Positions 15,493-31,395 of a stretch of DNA of 64,000 nucleotides are shown here, piece after piece. The stretch's first letter is position 1, and each line of letters begins with the position of its first letter. Both the position numbers and the translations under genes were made by a program. The stretch comes from the human T2T-CHM13v2.0 reference genome, Homo sapiens: the NCBI RefSeq assembly GCF_009914755.1, contig NC_060937.1; one strand, given 5' to 3'. The notes beneath the pieces were generated by a model. It searched no databases and was not told the DNA's origin. It saw only the letters and a list, made by a program, of their open reading frames with translations.

Positions 15493-16745
15493 GCATGCAC
15501 AGCAGCATTCTATCATCAAATGGAAATGGTATATACATGATTGGACTTGAGCAGGTCCTGAAGGCAAAAGTCAGTTACATGAGGAAGTGGCTCAAATGCT
15601 CATGGTCTCCATTCCTGCCACCCTACCTTCTCTCCCTGAGCCTGCACCAGTGGCCTTATGGGGAGTTCCCTATGATCAGTTGACAGAGGAAGAGAAGACT
15701 AAGACCTGGTTCACAGATGATTCTGCACAATATGCAGGCACTACCCGAAAGTGGACAGCAGCTGCACTACAGCCCCTTTCTAGGACATCCCTGAAGAACA
15801 GCAGTGAAAGGAAATCTTCCCAGTTGGCAGAACTTTGAGCAGTGCATCTGGTTATGCATTTTGCATGGAAGGAGAAATGGCCAGATGTGCGATTATATAA
15901 GGATTCATGGGCTGTAGCCAGTGGTTTGGCTGGATGATCAGCGACTTGGAAGAAGCATGATTAAAGAATTGATGACACAGAAATTTGGGGAAGAGGTATG
16001 TGGATGGACCTCTCTGAGTGGTCAAAAACCATGAAGATATTTGTATTTCATGAGTGCCCACCAACGGGTGACCTCAGCAAAGGAGAATTTTAATAATCAA
16101 GTGTGTAGGATGACCCATTCTGTGGACATCGCTCAGCCTCTTTCCCCAGCACCACCTGTCATAGCCCAATGGACTCATGAACAAAGTGACCATGGTGGTA
16201 GGGATAGAGATTACGCATGGGCTCAGCAACATGGACTTCGACTCACCAAGGCTGACCTGGCTATAACCACTGCTGAGTGCCCAATTTGCCAGCAGCAGAG
16301 ACCAACGCTGAGCCCTCAATATGTTACCGTTCCTCTGGGTGATCAGCCAGCTACCTGGTGGCAGGTTGATTATATTGCACCCTTTCCCTCAGGGAAAGGG
16401 CAGAGGTTTGTCCTCACTGGAATAGACACTAACTCCAGATATGGGTTGGCCTATCCTGCATGCAATGTTTCCACCAAGACTACCATCATGGACTCATGGA
16501 ATGCCTTATCCACCATCACAGTATTCCACACAGCATTGCCTCTGACCAAGGCACTCACTTTATGACTAAAGAAGTACAGCAGTGGGCTCATGCTCATGGA
16601 ATTCAATGATCTTACCACTTTCCCCATCATCCTGAAGCAGCTGGATTGATGGAACAGTGGAATGGTCTTTTGAAGTCACAATTACAACTCCAACTAGGTT
16701 GCAATACTTTGCACGGCTGGTGCAAAGTTCTCCCAAAGGCCATGT
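15493..16745 (+). pseudogene. HERV-L pol remnant (RNase H + integrase), disrupted
   Basis: WFTDDSAQYAG RNase H motif (15587-15838); HEQSDH...CPIC zinc finger and WQVDY...TGIDT integrase core (16041-16565); stops and frameshifts. Confidence 0.92.
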
Positions 16746-16889
16746 ATGCTTCAGCTGCCAATATATGGTACTGTTTCTCCCATAGCTAGGATTCATGGGT
16801 CCAGGAATCAAGGAGTGGAAGTGGAGGTGGCACCACTCTCTATCACCCCTAGTAATCCACCAGCAAATTTTTTGCTTCCTGTTCCTACG

Positions 16890-17220
16890 ACATTACGTTC
16901 TGCTGGCCTAGAGGTCTTCATTCCAGAGGCAGGAATGCTGCCACCAGGAGACACAACATTGATTCCATTAAACTGGAAATTAAGATTGCTACCTGGACAC
17001 TTTGGGTTCCTCCTACCTTTAAGTCAAAAGGCTAAGAAGGGAGTTACAGTGTTAGCTGGGGTGACTGACCTGGACTATCAAGATGAAATCAGTCTACTAC
17101 TCCACAACGGAGGTAAGGAAGAGTATGCATAGAATACAGGAGATCCATTGGGGTGTCTCTTAGTATTACCATGCCCTGTGATTAAGGTCAATGGGAAACT
17201 ACAACAGCCCAATCCAGGCA
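16890..17220 (+). pseudogene. HERV-L dUTPase remnant
   Basis: SAGLEV...GHFG...AGVTDLDYQDEI dUTPase motifs; premature TAG at 17130-17132. Confidence 0.9.
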
Positions 17221-17443
17221 GTACTACAAATGACCCAGAACCTTCAGGAATGAAGCGTTTTGTCATTCCACCAGCTAAAACAAAACCATGACCTGATGAG
17301 GTGCTTGCTTAAGGCAAAGGGAATACAGCATGGGTAATAGAAGAAGATAGTCATCAATACCACCTACAACCACATGACCAGGTGCAGAAATGAGGTATCT
17401 GTCATGAGTATTTCCTCATTCTTTTGTTAAAAACATGTTTGTG

Positions 17444-17626
17444 CATATATATATACATATATATATATACGTATATATATATACGTATATATATATACAT
17501 ATATATATACATATATATATATACATATATATACATATATATATATACATATATATATACATATATATATATACATATATATATACATATATATATATAC
17601 ATATATATATACATATATATATATAT
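17444..17626. repeat. (TA)n/CATATA compound microsatellite inside HERV-L 3' internal region
   Basis: About 180 bp of TA runs punctuated by CA/CG. Confidence 0.95.
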
Positions 17627-17877
17627 TTGTACTAAGAAAATATCTGTGTTTTATTTCCTTTTCCTTTATTACGTAACATAAGATTTAGTGATTTTATATC
17701 AGCATTTAAGATTGTTAACTATATGTAATAGTATTTGGGTTGGGGATTGGTGCATTTCCGGTTGTACAGATAGTTGTATTATGTTAGGTGTAATAATGAC
17801 CTCATTACTGTCTTTATTTGAAGATTATGTATGATCTCAGGAGATGTGTATGGGTTCAAGTTGACAAGGGGTGGACT

Positions 17878-18430
17878 TGTGATGGCTAATACTGAGTTTC
17901 AACTTGATTGAATGGAAAGATACAAAGTATTAATCCTGGGTGTGTCTGTGTGGGTATTGCCAAAAGAGATTAAGATTTGTGCCAGTGGGCTGGGGAAGGC
18001 AGATCCACCCTTAATCTGGTGGGCACAATCTAATCAGCTTCCAGCTAATATAAAGCAGGCACAAAAATGTGAAAAAGAGAGATGGGCCTAACCTCCCAGC
18101 CTACATCTTTCTCCTGTGCTGGGTGCTTCCTGCCCTGGAACATCAGACTCGAAGTTCTTCAATTTTGGGACTTGATCTGGCTCTCCTTGCTCCTCAGCTT
18201 GCAGACGGCCTATTGTGGGACCTCATGACCATGTAAATTAATACTTAATAAACTGCCATATGTATACATACATACACACATATATACATATATAGACATA
18301 TATACACACATATATGTACACATATATATGTCTACATTTGTATATATATATGTGTGTGTATATGTGTGTGTGTATGTATGTATATATACACTATTAGTTC
18401 TGTCCCTCTAAGAGAACTCTGACTAATACA
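17878..18430 (+). mobile_element. MLT2A1 3' LTR of HERV-L
   Basis: Preceded by PPT aaggggtggact; colinear with the 5' LTR; ends gactaataca. Confidence 0.93.
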
Positions 18431-18594
18431 GTCCACCTCACCAATGCAGCTGGGCCTCAGTAGAACAAAAGGCAGAGGAAAAGTGAATATGCTGCCACCT
18501 TAGCTGGAACATTTGTCTTCTGCTCTCAGAGGACACCAGTGCTTCTTTTTTGCAAGACTTTAGACTAGAATTGAGACTCAGAACATTGACTTCG

Positions 18595-18911
18595 TTTTTT
18601 CCTTTTTTTTTGAGATAGGGTCTTGCTTTGTTTTCCAGGCTGGAGTGCAGTGGCATGATCATAGCTCACTGCAGCCTTGACCTCTCTCCAGGGCTCAAAT
18701 GGTCCTCCCATCCTCCCACCTCAGCCTCCCAAGTAGCTGACACTACAGGCAGCACCATGCAGCACCATGCTTTGCTAATTCTTTTATTGTTTGTATAGAT
18801 GGGGTCTCCCTATGTTGCCCAAGCTGGTCTTGAATTCCTGGGCTCAAGCCATCCTCCTGCCTCAGATTCCCAAATCGCTGATATTGGAGGCAAGAACTGC
18901 TGTGCCCAGTC
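18595..18911 (-). mobile_element. AluJ
   Basis: gatcatagctcactgcagccttgacc and gttgcccaagctggtcttgaa are J-type; diverged. Confidence 0.92.
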
Positions 18912-20039
18912 AGGCCTTCTTTTTTGGAGTGGAACTTCACCACAGAGTTTCCTGGGCCTCTAGCTCACAGACAGCCAAATCATGGGACTTAGTCTTTTTA
19001 ATTGCACGAGCCAGTCCCTTATAATAAATTTCTTTCTGTATGTCAATATATATTGTACTGTTTCTGTTTCTGTCTTTTTGAGAATTCTTATAAATATATC
19101 CAATGCTTAAATCTGATAAGAGTCAGAGGTATAGATTTGAAAATTCTGTGAGTCAAATCAAAGTGTGGGATTTTTTTTTTAATAGCATAAATAACTTACA
19201 TAGCAGACACTATATGTGACCGAATCTTACTTTCTCCTCTTTTGTTCTTTATAATGGGCATTTAGGGAACACAACAGATAGATATCCAAAAACTATTAGG
19301 AAAAGGATAATTTGGTATTCTATGTTTTAATTAATAAATTTGATGACCCAAAAAGATATACATATTATGTTAAGGATAAAGAGATATGCTTTACTTTCTG
19401 GTTGAATATTTTTCTTCAATAAATTAAGATAAATTTTAAAGACATAATTTTTATTTCTGATTTCAGTAGTATACTTTTTTATGCCATTTTTGTTTTATTA
19501 CCACAAATTAAAGTTTTCAAAATGCAACTGAAGATCAAACTGTCACCAGGCACAAGAGAAAGTCATTGTGTCTACAGGAAAATCTCAGTATTCACAGATA
19601 CATAAGTGTTAGGGCTTTGGTTGGCTCCTGGCTGAACAGGAATGGTGGGGGTTTATAATGCACAATTTTTATTCAAAATAACATCAATGTCTTGCTGAGC
19701 TATCTCTACAGTCCTCAATTTTGAGGAACCCTCTGCTCCTCCTATCCATGACCATTCCCTGTATACCCACATCACACTTCTCGACAACCATTTTTGGTTC
19801 TCCTCCCAAGGGTATTATAGTTAACCTTGGGAAATAAAAATAAAGAGAAGATAAGGCATGATTTTTTAAAAAGCAAAGACAACAAGGAAATAGAAAATTT
19901 AATAGTTATAGAATAGAAACAAAGCTTGTTCATTAGGTCAATAAACAGAACAGGTAGAAGTGGCATTAAAATCAAGTTGGCAGATTATGTTTCATATAAA
20001 AATTAAATCTATGAAGACCACAGAACACAATTCTCAAAA

Positions 20040-20760
20040 CTAGTATTTCCTCATCATTTCTCATTTTAGTAAATGGCAGTACAATCTACGTAATTGCTAA
20101 AGAGAGAAATTTGGAATTATTTTTAACCTTCTTCTCCCTTACTTACATTCAATCCACCATCTGATCTTAGTACCTTGGCCGGGCACCATGGCTCACGCCT
20201 GTAATCCCTGCACTCCAGAGTGCAGCCTCCCAGAGGCTGAGGTGGGAGGAGCACCTGAGGTTAGGAGTTTGAGACCAGCCTGGCCAAGATAGTGAAACCC
20301 CCTCTCTACTAAAAATAAAAAAAATTAACTGGGCATGGTGGCGAACACCTGTAATCCCAGCTATTCAGGAGGTTGAGAGAGGAAAATCACTTGAACCTGG
20401 GAGGCAGAGGTTGTAGGAAACCAAGATCACACCACTGCACTCCAGCCTGGACGACAGTGTGAGACCCTGTCTCAAAAAAAAAAAAAGAAAAGAAGAAAAA
20501 AAAGAAAGACTTGCTACCTTAATACTTAAAAATCTTTAAATTCCTACAGATTTCCTCTACCTTCGCTGACAACTGCTTCTTCAAGTTATTACCTTGCTAT
20601 GTTACCTGGATTCAAATAGTAACCATCTAACGTGTCTTCACATCCATTCTTTCTACTCTTCTATCAACTTTTCATGCTGCACCCATGTTTACAATGATTG
20701 CTATTGTCTTTCTGTGGTTTAAATAAGCCAATGTCTTCTCTCTGGGTATGTTATCCAGGA
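20040..20760 (+). mobile_element. L2 fragment interrupted by Alu
   Basis: ctcattttagtaaatggcagtacaatc...ttacctggattcaaatagtaacc are L2 3' motifs. Confidence 0.6.
20177..20507 (+). mobile_element. AluSx-like
   Basis: ggccgggcaccatggctcacg start, full dimer, A tail. Confidence 0.95.
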
Positions 20761-21460
20761 AAAAAAAAATCTAATTGTATCGGTTAGTACTCTTTTTAGG
20801 AAAATTAACTGAAATTTAATTCAAATTAACATAGCCAAAAAAGAATACATGTTGACACCTAAAATTATAAGTTCATGGACAACCCAAGCAATATCACAAA
20901 AAAGATTTCTCCATCTATTTTCCCTGCTCTCCTCTGTGGATGACTGTGAGCAGCTTTAGATTACATCTTTGCCACTCCAAATTAATTAAAAAGGTGGAAA
21001 TGTCTTTCTCTCAATATATGGGGGAAAAACTCTTTGAGCTTGACTGGCATTTGGTCCAAATGTGTAACATAATGATTCTGAACCAAACTCACAGTAGTGA
21101 AAGTACTAATTAACTTAGAGTTAGGTCCCATGTTTACCTCTGCAGTTTGGGTCGCGTCAGCAGCAGCATCTAACCATAGTGAATTGAGGAAAGCCTTGAT
21201 GTATTGCCACATTATGATGGTGTAAACCCTATAGATTTATGGGTTGAGAGAACCTTGATGTTGAGCATGTAATAAATTTAAGGAAAGAATGCAGCCCAGG
21301 TTTCCAATGACAGCTCCTCTGCAAGATGAGTTACTCCTACTCCTTGCTACTTTTTGAAGTTACAGAAAAGTGAAAAAAAAAAAAAAGACAAAATATCTTG
21401 GCCTTATGCTATATTGCAAAGGAAGTGAGCAAATGGTTTGGGATAAATAATAATAGACTA

Positions 21461-21670
21461 GGTGTGGGCAACATAGTGAGACGTCATCTGCACAAAAAGT
21501 TAAACGAAATAGCCAGGCCTGGTGACACATGCCTGTACTCCTAGCCACTCAGGGAGGTGAGGCAGCCAGATCCCTTGAGCCCAGGAATTTGAGGTTATGA
21601 GCTACCACTGCACTCCAGCCTGAGTGACAAAGACTCTGTCTCTAAAAAATAACATATGATAAAAAAAAAT
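21461..21670 (+). mobile_element. 5'-truncated AluJ
   Basis: gggcaacatagtgagac...cttgagcccagg; TSD aatRataatagacta. Confidence 0.85.
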
Positions 21671-23936
21671 TTAAATGATAATAGACTAAATCAGCATTAA
21701 TTTCAGAGTGAATAAAACCTGCAAACAGAGCTGCTTCTGTGTGAACAAGATAAGAAATAATAATGCAAGTTTGAAAATATCAAAGAGCAGGATGGGGGTA
21801 AAGGAAACATTGTATGTAAAAAGGGGTAATATGTTTCCTCAAAAGATAAATAACTCAGGGAAGAGAGAATATTCTTCCCAAATGTTTCAAGCTACAGAAT
21901 AATTTAATAATATTAAAAAATCAATTACATAAGAACTGTAGATAAGGTGATATATCAAAAGAATGAATTTAAAAAGTAGACTGCAGAACTGTGTGAAACA
22001 AGCAGACCATCAAACTTACATAATATAAATCTATGAATAGATTATAAAAATGAAGCAGAATAGACACTAGTGACAATCACATTACTGACAAAGAGTAAAA
22101 GCATGTTTTAAATGACAGCAGTTATAGACAATAATTTTAATACTATGAACCCAAGCAATGTACAAGTAATAATAACACGAAAACCTGGAAGGTAGAAGTA
22201 AAGGAGATGAGACATGATGGATGTCATCATTCAAATCACATGAATATAAGATTCTAAAAAGAAATATTTAATTAAAAATATTGATTCTAACTTCTGAATG
22301 AATTTCATTAAATCATTTTTAAGCTTTCCAGTATTATTTGGCATATATTTTGCAGTAAAAAATACATATTGATAAAGAAATACATATAAAACTATTTCCA
22401 TTCATTTTATATTGAAATTGTCTACCATGACATTTTTAATTAAAATGAAATTTAGTATTCATTAATTAAGCCTTACATTCATAAAATGATGACTTTTTCA
22501 TGATGATATGGCTGATGTTTACTTTGGACATAATATTTATTCTATTTTATAAAAGGTTTATGTGTGCAGGAAAAGAATATGGTTCAGTGTTCAAATTAGT
22601 GTAACAAAATACAACTTCTTTTCAAATTATTATTTTTTTTTTGTAGGAGAGCTCTTTGTATATCCAATACTGACTAAAGTCTGCCAAAACATTCTATTTT
22701 GATTTCAGTTTGCCAATTACTATTTTTTAATCTTCATCTTTATAGAGTTTTAAATTTTTTTACTTTACATAATTTAAGTTAGTATGTATGGTAAAAATCA
22801 GATCATAATTGTTATACTTTCTTATAGAGTTTCTCTTTTGTTGATGATCTATGGACTCTCCCAATTCCATGAGTGCTTTTGCCTTAAGCTTTTAAGCTTA
22901 AATACTTGGTCGTATATAGGCAGTATGTTAATATGGTCATTAACTGGAGCTTGGGCATTCTAGTTCTTTTAATTCATGTGTCTACTACTTCTTGCCCATC
23001 ACACTCAATACTCTGAACTGTGAGCTCTGATTCAGAGTGCTTTTTCAAGTGGAAGTACTGAGAGGCCTGGGCTGAGGACATGTCCCTGTAGAACCGGCCT
23101 ACGTTCCACAGTGTTCTGAGTTTTATTGCTCTGTAATCAGTTTGGCTGGGAGTGGAGGAAAGGTCTGAATTTGTTGTTAGGATATTTCTGGAGCATATCA
23201 TTTAGTTTAAATTCCAACTGCAAACCCCTTTGATGCTCAACATAGTAGTTATGAATTCTAAGAGGGAATTAGTTTTGTGCTCATATTTCCTAAATCCATC
23301 CTTAGGTATAGTTTTATTGCAATCTTAGTCCCAAATGTTCACTAAATGTTTTATCTATTTCCATAAAAATGAATATATAGTAAATTATAATTCTTTGTTC
23401 TAGAACATTTTGTGGTTAAGTAAAAAGAAGCATGACATAAAATAGCATATGTAGTTTTTCCTACAAATATTGCAATTTCCATAGAAAGAAGTGACATATG
23501 AATATCAAGAATGCATATGTATGTATAAATGCATATGTGCATATAAACTAACTCACTGTAATTCCATACCTAATGCTTATGAGAGCTCAGAGTTCTTCAA
23601 ATGATTTATGAGTTCCATGACTTCCTTCATTGTGCATTTTCTGCTTCCATATTCAGTTTCGAGATAGCAATCCCAATGCAAATGCCACTTCTTCATCAGT
23701 TTCCACAAAGCAACAACTCACACTCAGCACTTCCTGAGTTTAACTTTACTGAATATTTGGCCTTTCTTGGTAAAGAGTCAGATGACTGAGCCTGTTGCCT
23801 ACCATCATCTTGCAAGTTTCACCATCTGTCTTCTTTCATTCTCTTTAGACTTAGAACAAGTCCCCACCTCCTGCCATACTTTCCCCTCAAAGGATTCTTC
23901 TCACATCCAGGCCTCACAGAGGATAAGTTTATATGC

Positions 23937-24484
23937 CATATTAGTTAGGGTTCTCTAAAAGGACAGAACTAATAAGACATATGTATATATGAAGGGGAGT
24001 TTATCAGGAGGATTGACTCACACGATCACAAAGTGAAGTCCCATAAGAGGCTGTCTGCAAGCTGAGGAGCAAAAAAGCCAATCGGTGTCCCAAACCCTCA
24101 GGAGCAGGGAAGCTGACACTGCAGACTTCAGTTTGTGGCAAAAGGCCAGAGAGCCCCTAGAAAACCACTGGGGTGAGTCCAAGAATCCAAAAGCTGAAGA
24201 ACTTGGAGTCCAATGTTCGAGGGTAAGAAGCATTCAGCATGGGAGAAAGATGAGGTCCAGAAGACTCAGCAAGTCTGCTCATTCTACTTTCTTCTGCCTG
24301 CGTTATTCTAGCCGTGCTGGCAGCTGATTAGACCCAAAATGAGGATGGGTCTGCCTCTCCCAGTCCAATGACTCAAATGTTAATCTCCTTTTGCAACACC
24401 CTCACAGACACACCCGGTAACAATAGTAACAATACTTTGCATGCTTCAATTCAATCAAGCTGACAATCAATATAAACCATCACA
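23937..24484 (-). mobile_element. MLT2A2/MLT2B-type 3' LTR of second HERV-L
   Basis: Antisense MLT2 (tattagttagggttctct...aaccatcaca), followed by the PPT complement agtccactgcttgtcaa. Confidence 0.9.
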
Positions 24485-25914
24485 AGTCCACTGCTTGTCA
24501 AATTGAACCCATACAAAACTTATCATATCATACATAATCTTCAAATAAAGACAACAATGAGGTCATAATTACACCTAATATAATATAGCTATCCTTCATA
24601 CAGCTGAAATTGCACTAAGCCTTCACCTAAAATCTATTACATAAAGTTAACAACACTGAAATGCTGATATGAAGTCAATAAATCTTATGTCCCATGATAA
24701 AGGAAAAATAAAGGAAAAAAATAAACATCTTCTTAGTATAAGTGTATAAAGCACAAACATGTTCTTAACAAAATGAGGAGAAAATACTCATGACAATTAC
24801 AGTCCTTGTTTTTGTAACTGGTCACATGGTCGTAGCTGGTATTGATAACTACCTTCTTCTACTATCCATTCTGTATTCCCTTTCCTTCAGCAAGCACCTC
24901 AGCAGGTGGTGGTTTTTTATCTGGTGGAGTGGCCCAAACATTAATTCCTGAAAGGTCTGGGCCATTTGTAGTCCTGCCTGGATTGGGCTATTGTAGTTTC
25001 CCAATGACCTGAATCTACAGGGCATGGTAATGCTAAAAGACTCCCTAATGATCTCCTGTATTGCATGTATACTCTTCCTTACCTCCATTGTGGAGTAGTA
25101 GACTGATTTCATCATTATAGTCTGGGTCAGTCACCCCAGCCAACACTGTAACTCCATCCTTAGCCTGTTGACTTAAAGGTAGGAGGAGCACAAAGTAACC
25201 AGGTGGTAATTTTAAACTCCAGGTTAATGAAATCATTGTAGTGTCTCCTGGTGGCAACATTCTTTCCTCTGGAACGAAGACCTCTAGGCCAGCAGAATGT
25301 AATGTCAAAGGAACAGGAGAAAGACTTTTGCTAGTGGATCACTAGAGGTTATGTTGTGTGGTGCCACTTCCACTTCCACCCTTTGAATCCTGGACCCATA
25401 AATCCTGGCTATAGGAGCAAGAGTACCATATATTGGATGCTGATTCAGAGCATACACAGCCTTCTGGAGAACTTTGCCACAGCGCTGCAAAGTGTTATCA
25501 CCTAGCTGGCATTGTAATTGTGACTTCAAAAGGCCATTCCACTGTTCTATCAATCCAGCTGCTACAGGATGGTAGGGAACATGGTAACACCAGTGAATTC
25601 CATGAGTGTGAACCCACTGCCACACTTCTTTAGCCATAAAGTGAGTGCCTTCATTGGAGACAACATTGTGTGGAATACCATGACACTGAATCAGACATTC
25701 TGTGAGTCCATGGATGGTAGTCTTGGCAGAAGCACTGCCAAGGATAGGCAAAGGCATATGCAGAGTAAGTATCTATTCCAGTGAGGACAAACCACTGCCC
25801 TTTCCATGATAGAAGAGATCCAAAATAATCAACCTGCCACTAAGTAGGTGGCTGACCACCCTGAGGAAAGGTGCCATATCAAGGGCTCAGTATTGGTGTT
25901 TTCTGCTGGCAAAT
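24485..25914 (-). pseudogene. HERV-L internal remnant: integrase core/C-terminus and dUTPase
   Basis: ORF 25305-25757 (HGIPHNVVSNEGTHF...YHPVAAGLIEQWNG) and ORF 25045-25308 (AGVTDPDYNDEI). Confidence 0.92.
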
Positions 25915-28604
<2,690 letters not shown>

Positions 28605-29903
28605 TATGTCCATACCCTTTTTAGAATATTTTAACAAAAAAAAATCACAGATTCATGTGGGACTCCATGGCAAATGTTTCTGGGGCACTATTTTCCAACT
28701 TGTTGCAAGTACCTATACAGATACTTTTTCTGTTATTCATTTTTTTCTCTAGGACAAAACAAAGTGAAACTCAGTAAGATTAAGGTCATTGTGGGTGCTG
28801 AATTTCACTTTAAATCAATACTGTATTTCATTAGGTGGTGGTGTTCTGAGGCTGATGTAATCCCTTACTTTCTTTGATTCCTGATCTATCTCCTGTCACC
28901 CTGCTGATGATGCTAGTGATATTTTTGGATAGGAAAAATGTTTTGGTTAGGAGAATATTACTCTCTGGCAGAGCAGTAGACAAATGAAGGAGGCCTTTCT
29001 TCATGAGAATATGCACAGTAACTGTGAAAGCTGTTGCAAATATACATATAATCAGGCAAGAAAATTTCCCCCATCTGAATATGTGCTGATAAAACAGGTG
29101 AGCTTAAATATTTGCCCCACCTTTGTTGCCAGATATGAAAGAAACAAAAGGTGATCTGAGCCAACCTAAACCTCCTAGGGTAAATTTGTAAATGAATGAA
29201 ATGTACAATCAATTTCTATCTTCTCTATTTATGATAGCATTTTGATTTTGATGGGGAAGCCTATGTCCCTAAATTCACTATATTAAATATATTCTGTTTC
29301 AAAAATACAGAAATTTCCTTCACCCTAGGGCAATTTCATAAATGCAGATGTTTAAAATAATACAAATTTGCTTCAGCTATTGTTTTATAGGCAAGTCTTT
29401 TTTAGAATGAAATCACTTTTGTAGGTCAGTATAACTAAATGTTTCAAATCTGAGACAGTAAGAAAATAAGAAATTAGAACTTCTAGTTATCCACAGTGTC
29501 ACATATACTCCCAAACATAAAAGAGAAATAAATATTCCCTAGATAATCTTGTAATATTTAATATAATAAGAAATGATTTTATTATATTTGTATTTTATAT
29601 TCTGAGCAAAATATTGTGGTTTATGGCCAGTAACTGTCCTTTGAAAGGTGTCATTGTCAGAGCAAATTAATTCATGGCTCACACTATGCAATGTCAGCAT
29701 CTATTGTTATCCTTTTTACTTCTTCCCTGTCATTCAGATTAATAACATAAGTGGTGCTATATGCTTACAGCTTTCTTCCCCTTGTCATTTGACTCAGAAT
29801 CTCCTTTGTACAAGTAATTTTTCTTCAGAAAATTTAAACGTACTGCAATATATCTATGTTTAGTTGAAAGTGCTATATGATCATTTGTCTTCTGACTACT
29901 CTT

Positions 29904-30060
29904 TTTTTTTTGTTTTGTTTTGTTTGTTTTTTTTTATTTATTATTATACTTTAAGTTTTAGGGTACATGTGCACATTGTGCAGGTTAGTTACATATGTAT
30001 ACATGTGCCATGCTGGTGTGCTGCACCCACTAACTCGTCATCTAGCATTAGGTATATCTC
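29904..30060 (-). mobile_element. Young 5'-truncated L1 (L1PA2-like 3' end)
   Basis: Near-consensus cactaactcgtcatctagcattagg (GAG, non-Ta); T-rich tail; perfect TSD gactactctt at 29894-29903 and 30061-30070. Confidence 0.93.
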
Positions 30061-31395
30061 GACTACTCTTATTAAAACGAATTTAATAGACTTTTTCATG
30101 TTGTAGATTTTTATTTCCTAAACACTTTGTTGCAGTATGAATTTGAGGTTTTACATCCATTTTGGGCCACAGTCTGAGGCAAAAATTATTATAACATTGT
30201 TTATGACTTTTAAAATTAGCTTTTTTATTAAAAATATTAAATCACTAACATACACAATATGTTTGCTTTTCTTAAGTCTCATATATATGAAATTCTTGCT
30301 AACTCTTTATGAAAATCATCCACACAGTATGAATGTATGTGTAAAACAGTGGAAGTGGCAAATTATTCTATATTCAATCATAAGTAACATTAAATATACG
30401 TAAAGTTTAACTGTGTAGGTGTTAGGTTAAAAAGAAAGTGCTTGTTTCACTGAACAATGAAAAGCCAGAAACACTATAGCCATTTTCACTCATAATAAAC
30501 AGGTAGCTGGCAAAGCAATATATAATTTATAGATGACTTAAACAGGCTAGACTTGCATTCTGAAGATGCTGATGCAAGTTTTAATGCAGGAAACAAAAAC
30601 TACTATAGCTTTTCAAACAGATTATAATTGTTGCAAGATTTAGGTTTGAAGCCAGCGTTCTCTCACTAGGTTTCAAGTTCATGACAATGCAGCAATTGCT
30701 GCAATCTGGAAGTGAACAAGCAGCTGTTGAAACCCCTCATGACACTGCAGGAAAACTTTCCTAATTTCACAGATGCCCTACACCAGTAAAGCTGGTTCTT
30801 ACACATTGAAACATAGAGCCTATCTGTCGCACAAGAGAACACCAGACATGCAGCCTGGGAAAAACAGCATTTGCCTCCCTTTGCCTTTCCACCTTGGGCT
30901 TATTTCTTTGAACAACCTAAATAACATCCCAAACCTTAGTGGAAAGAGAATCTGCAAATGTAGATTTTAGCCCTTCAGTCCTTGCAGTAGGGTGAGACTA
31001 GGATAATATCAGGGGGTGGGGGTGAAGACTGAGTGTCAATAGACAATAACTAGTGTAGAAAGTATCACTGACACACAAACTGTTACATGAGGTGTTGGGA
31101 ATGTCCACTCTCCAGGCCTAGGACTGAGATAGATGTACTCTTTAGTATTAGATTGTATTATTTTTCACAATTACCTTCTTTCTCTTTATGAGAACTCTAA
31201 TCCTTCAAAGAGGGAAGTAAAATTTTAAACACCTAAATCATTTCATCAGGATCCTGGAGGAAGGGAGATAAGACATTTAGTCTCTATGACTCAGTATTGT
31301 TTGCCAATGAGCCTAAATAATTCTGTTTTCTCCAAATGCGAAAGATGCTAAAGACATGTGGGTCACTCCTAAATCCTCCTCTGTGACAACTGGGT

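Larger units (their letters stand above)
14552..19098 (+). mobile_element. Older MLT2 (MLT2C/D-type) LTR split by HERV-L and AluJ (pieces 14552-14632, 18431-18594, 18912-19098)
   Basis: aaacattatttctg...tgtgagggtgtttccagaa before the provirus; ctcaccaatg...gtagaacaaaaggcagagg after it; ends tctgtttctg...gagaattc...aatata. Confidence 0.75.

Noticed and set aside
16041-17132. Integrase and dUTPase ORFs as a domesticated gene
   Set aside because: Frameshifted, premature stops and altered RNase H motif (DGS to DDS); no sign of ORF preservation in either copy.
15700-17240. APOBEC3 hypermutation of the HERV-L (TGG to TAG/TAA)
   Set aside because: The apparent G-to-A changes are in mixed contexts and depend on recalled consensus; not distinguishable from neutral decay without an alignment.
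17402-17681. Tyr/Ile-rich ORFs (also 1382-1657, 15103-15300)
   Set aside because: Translations of (TA)n microsatellites, which lack stops in some frames.
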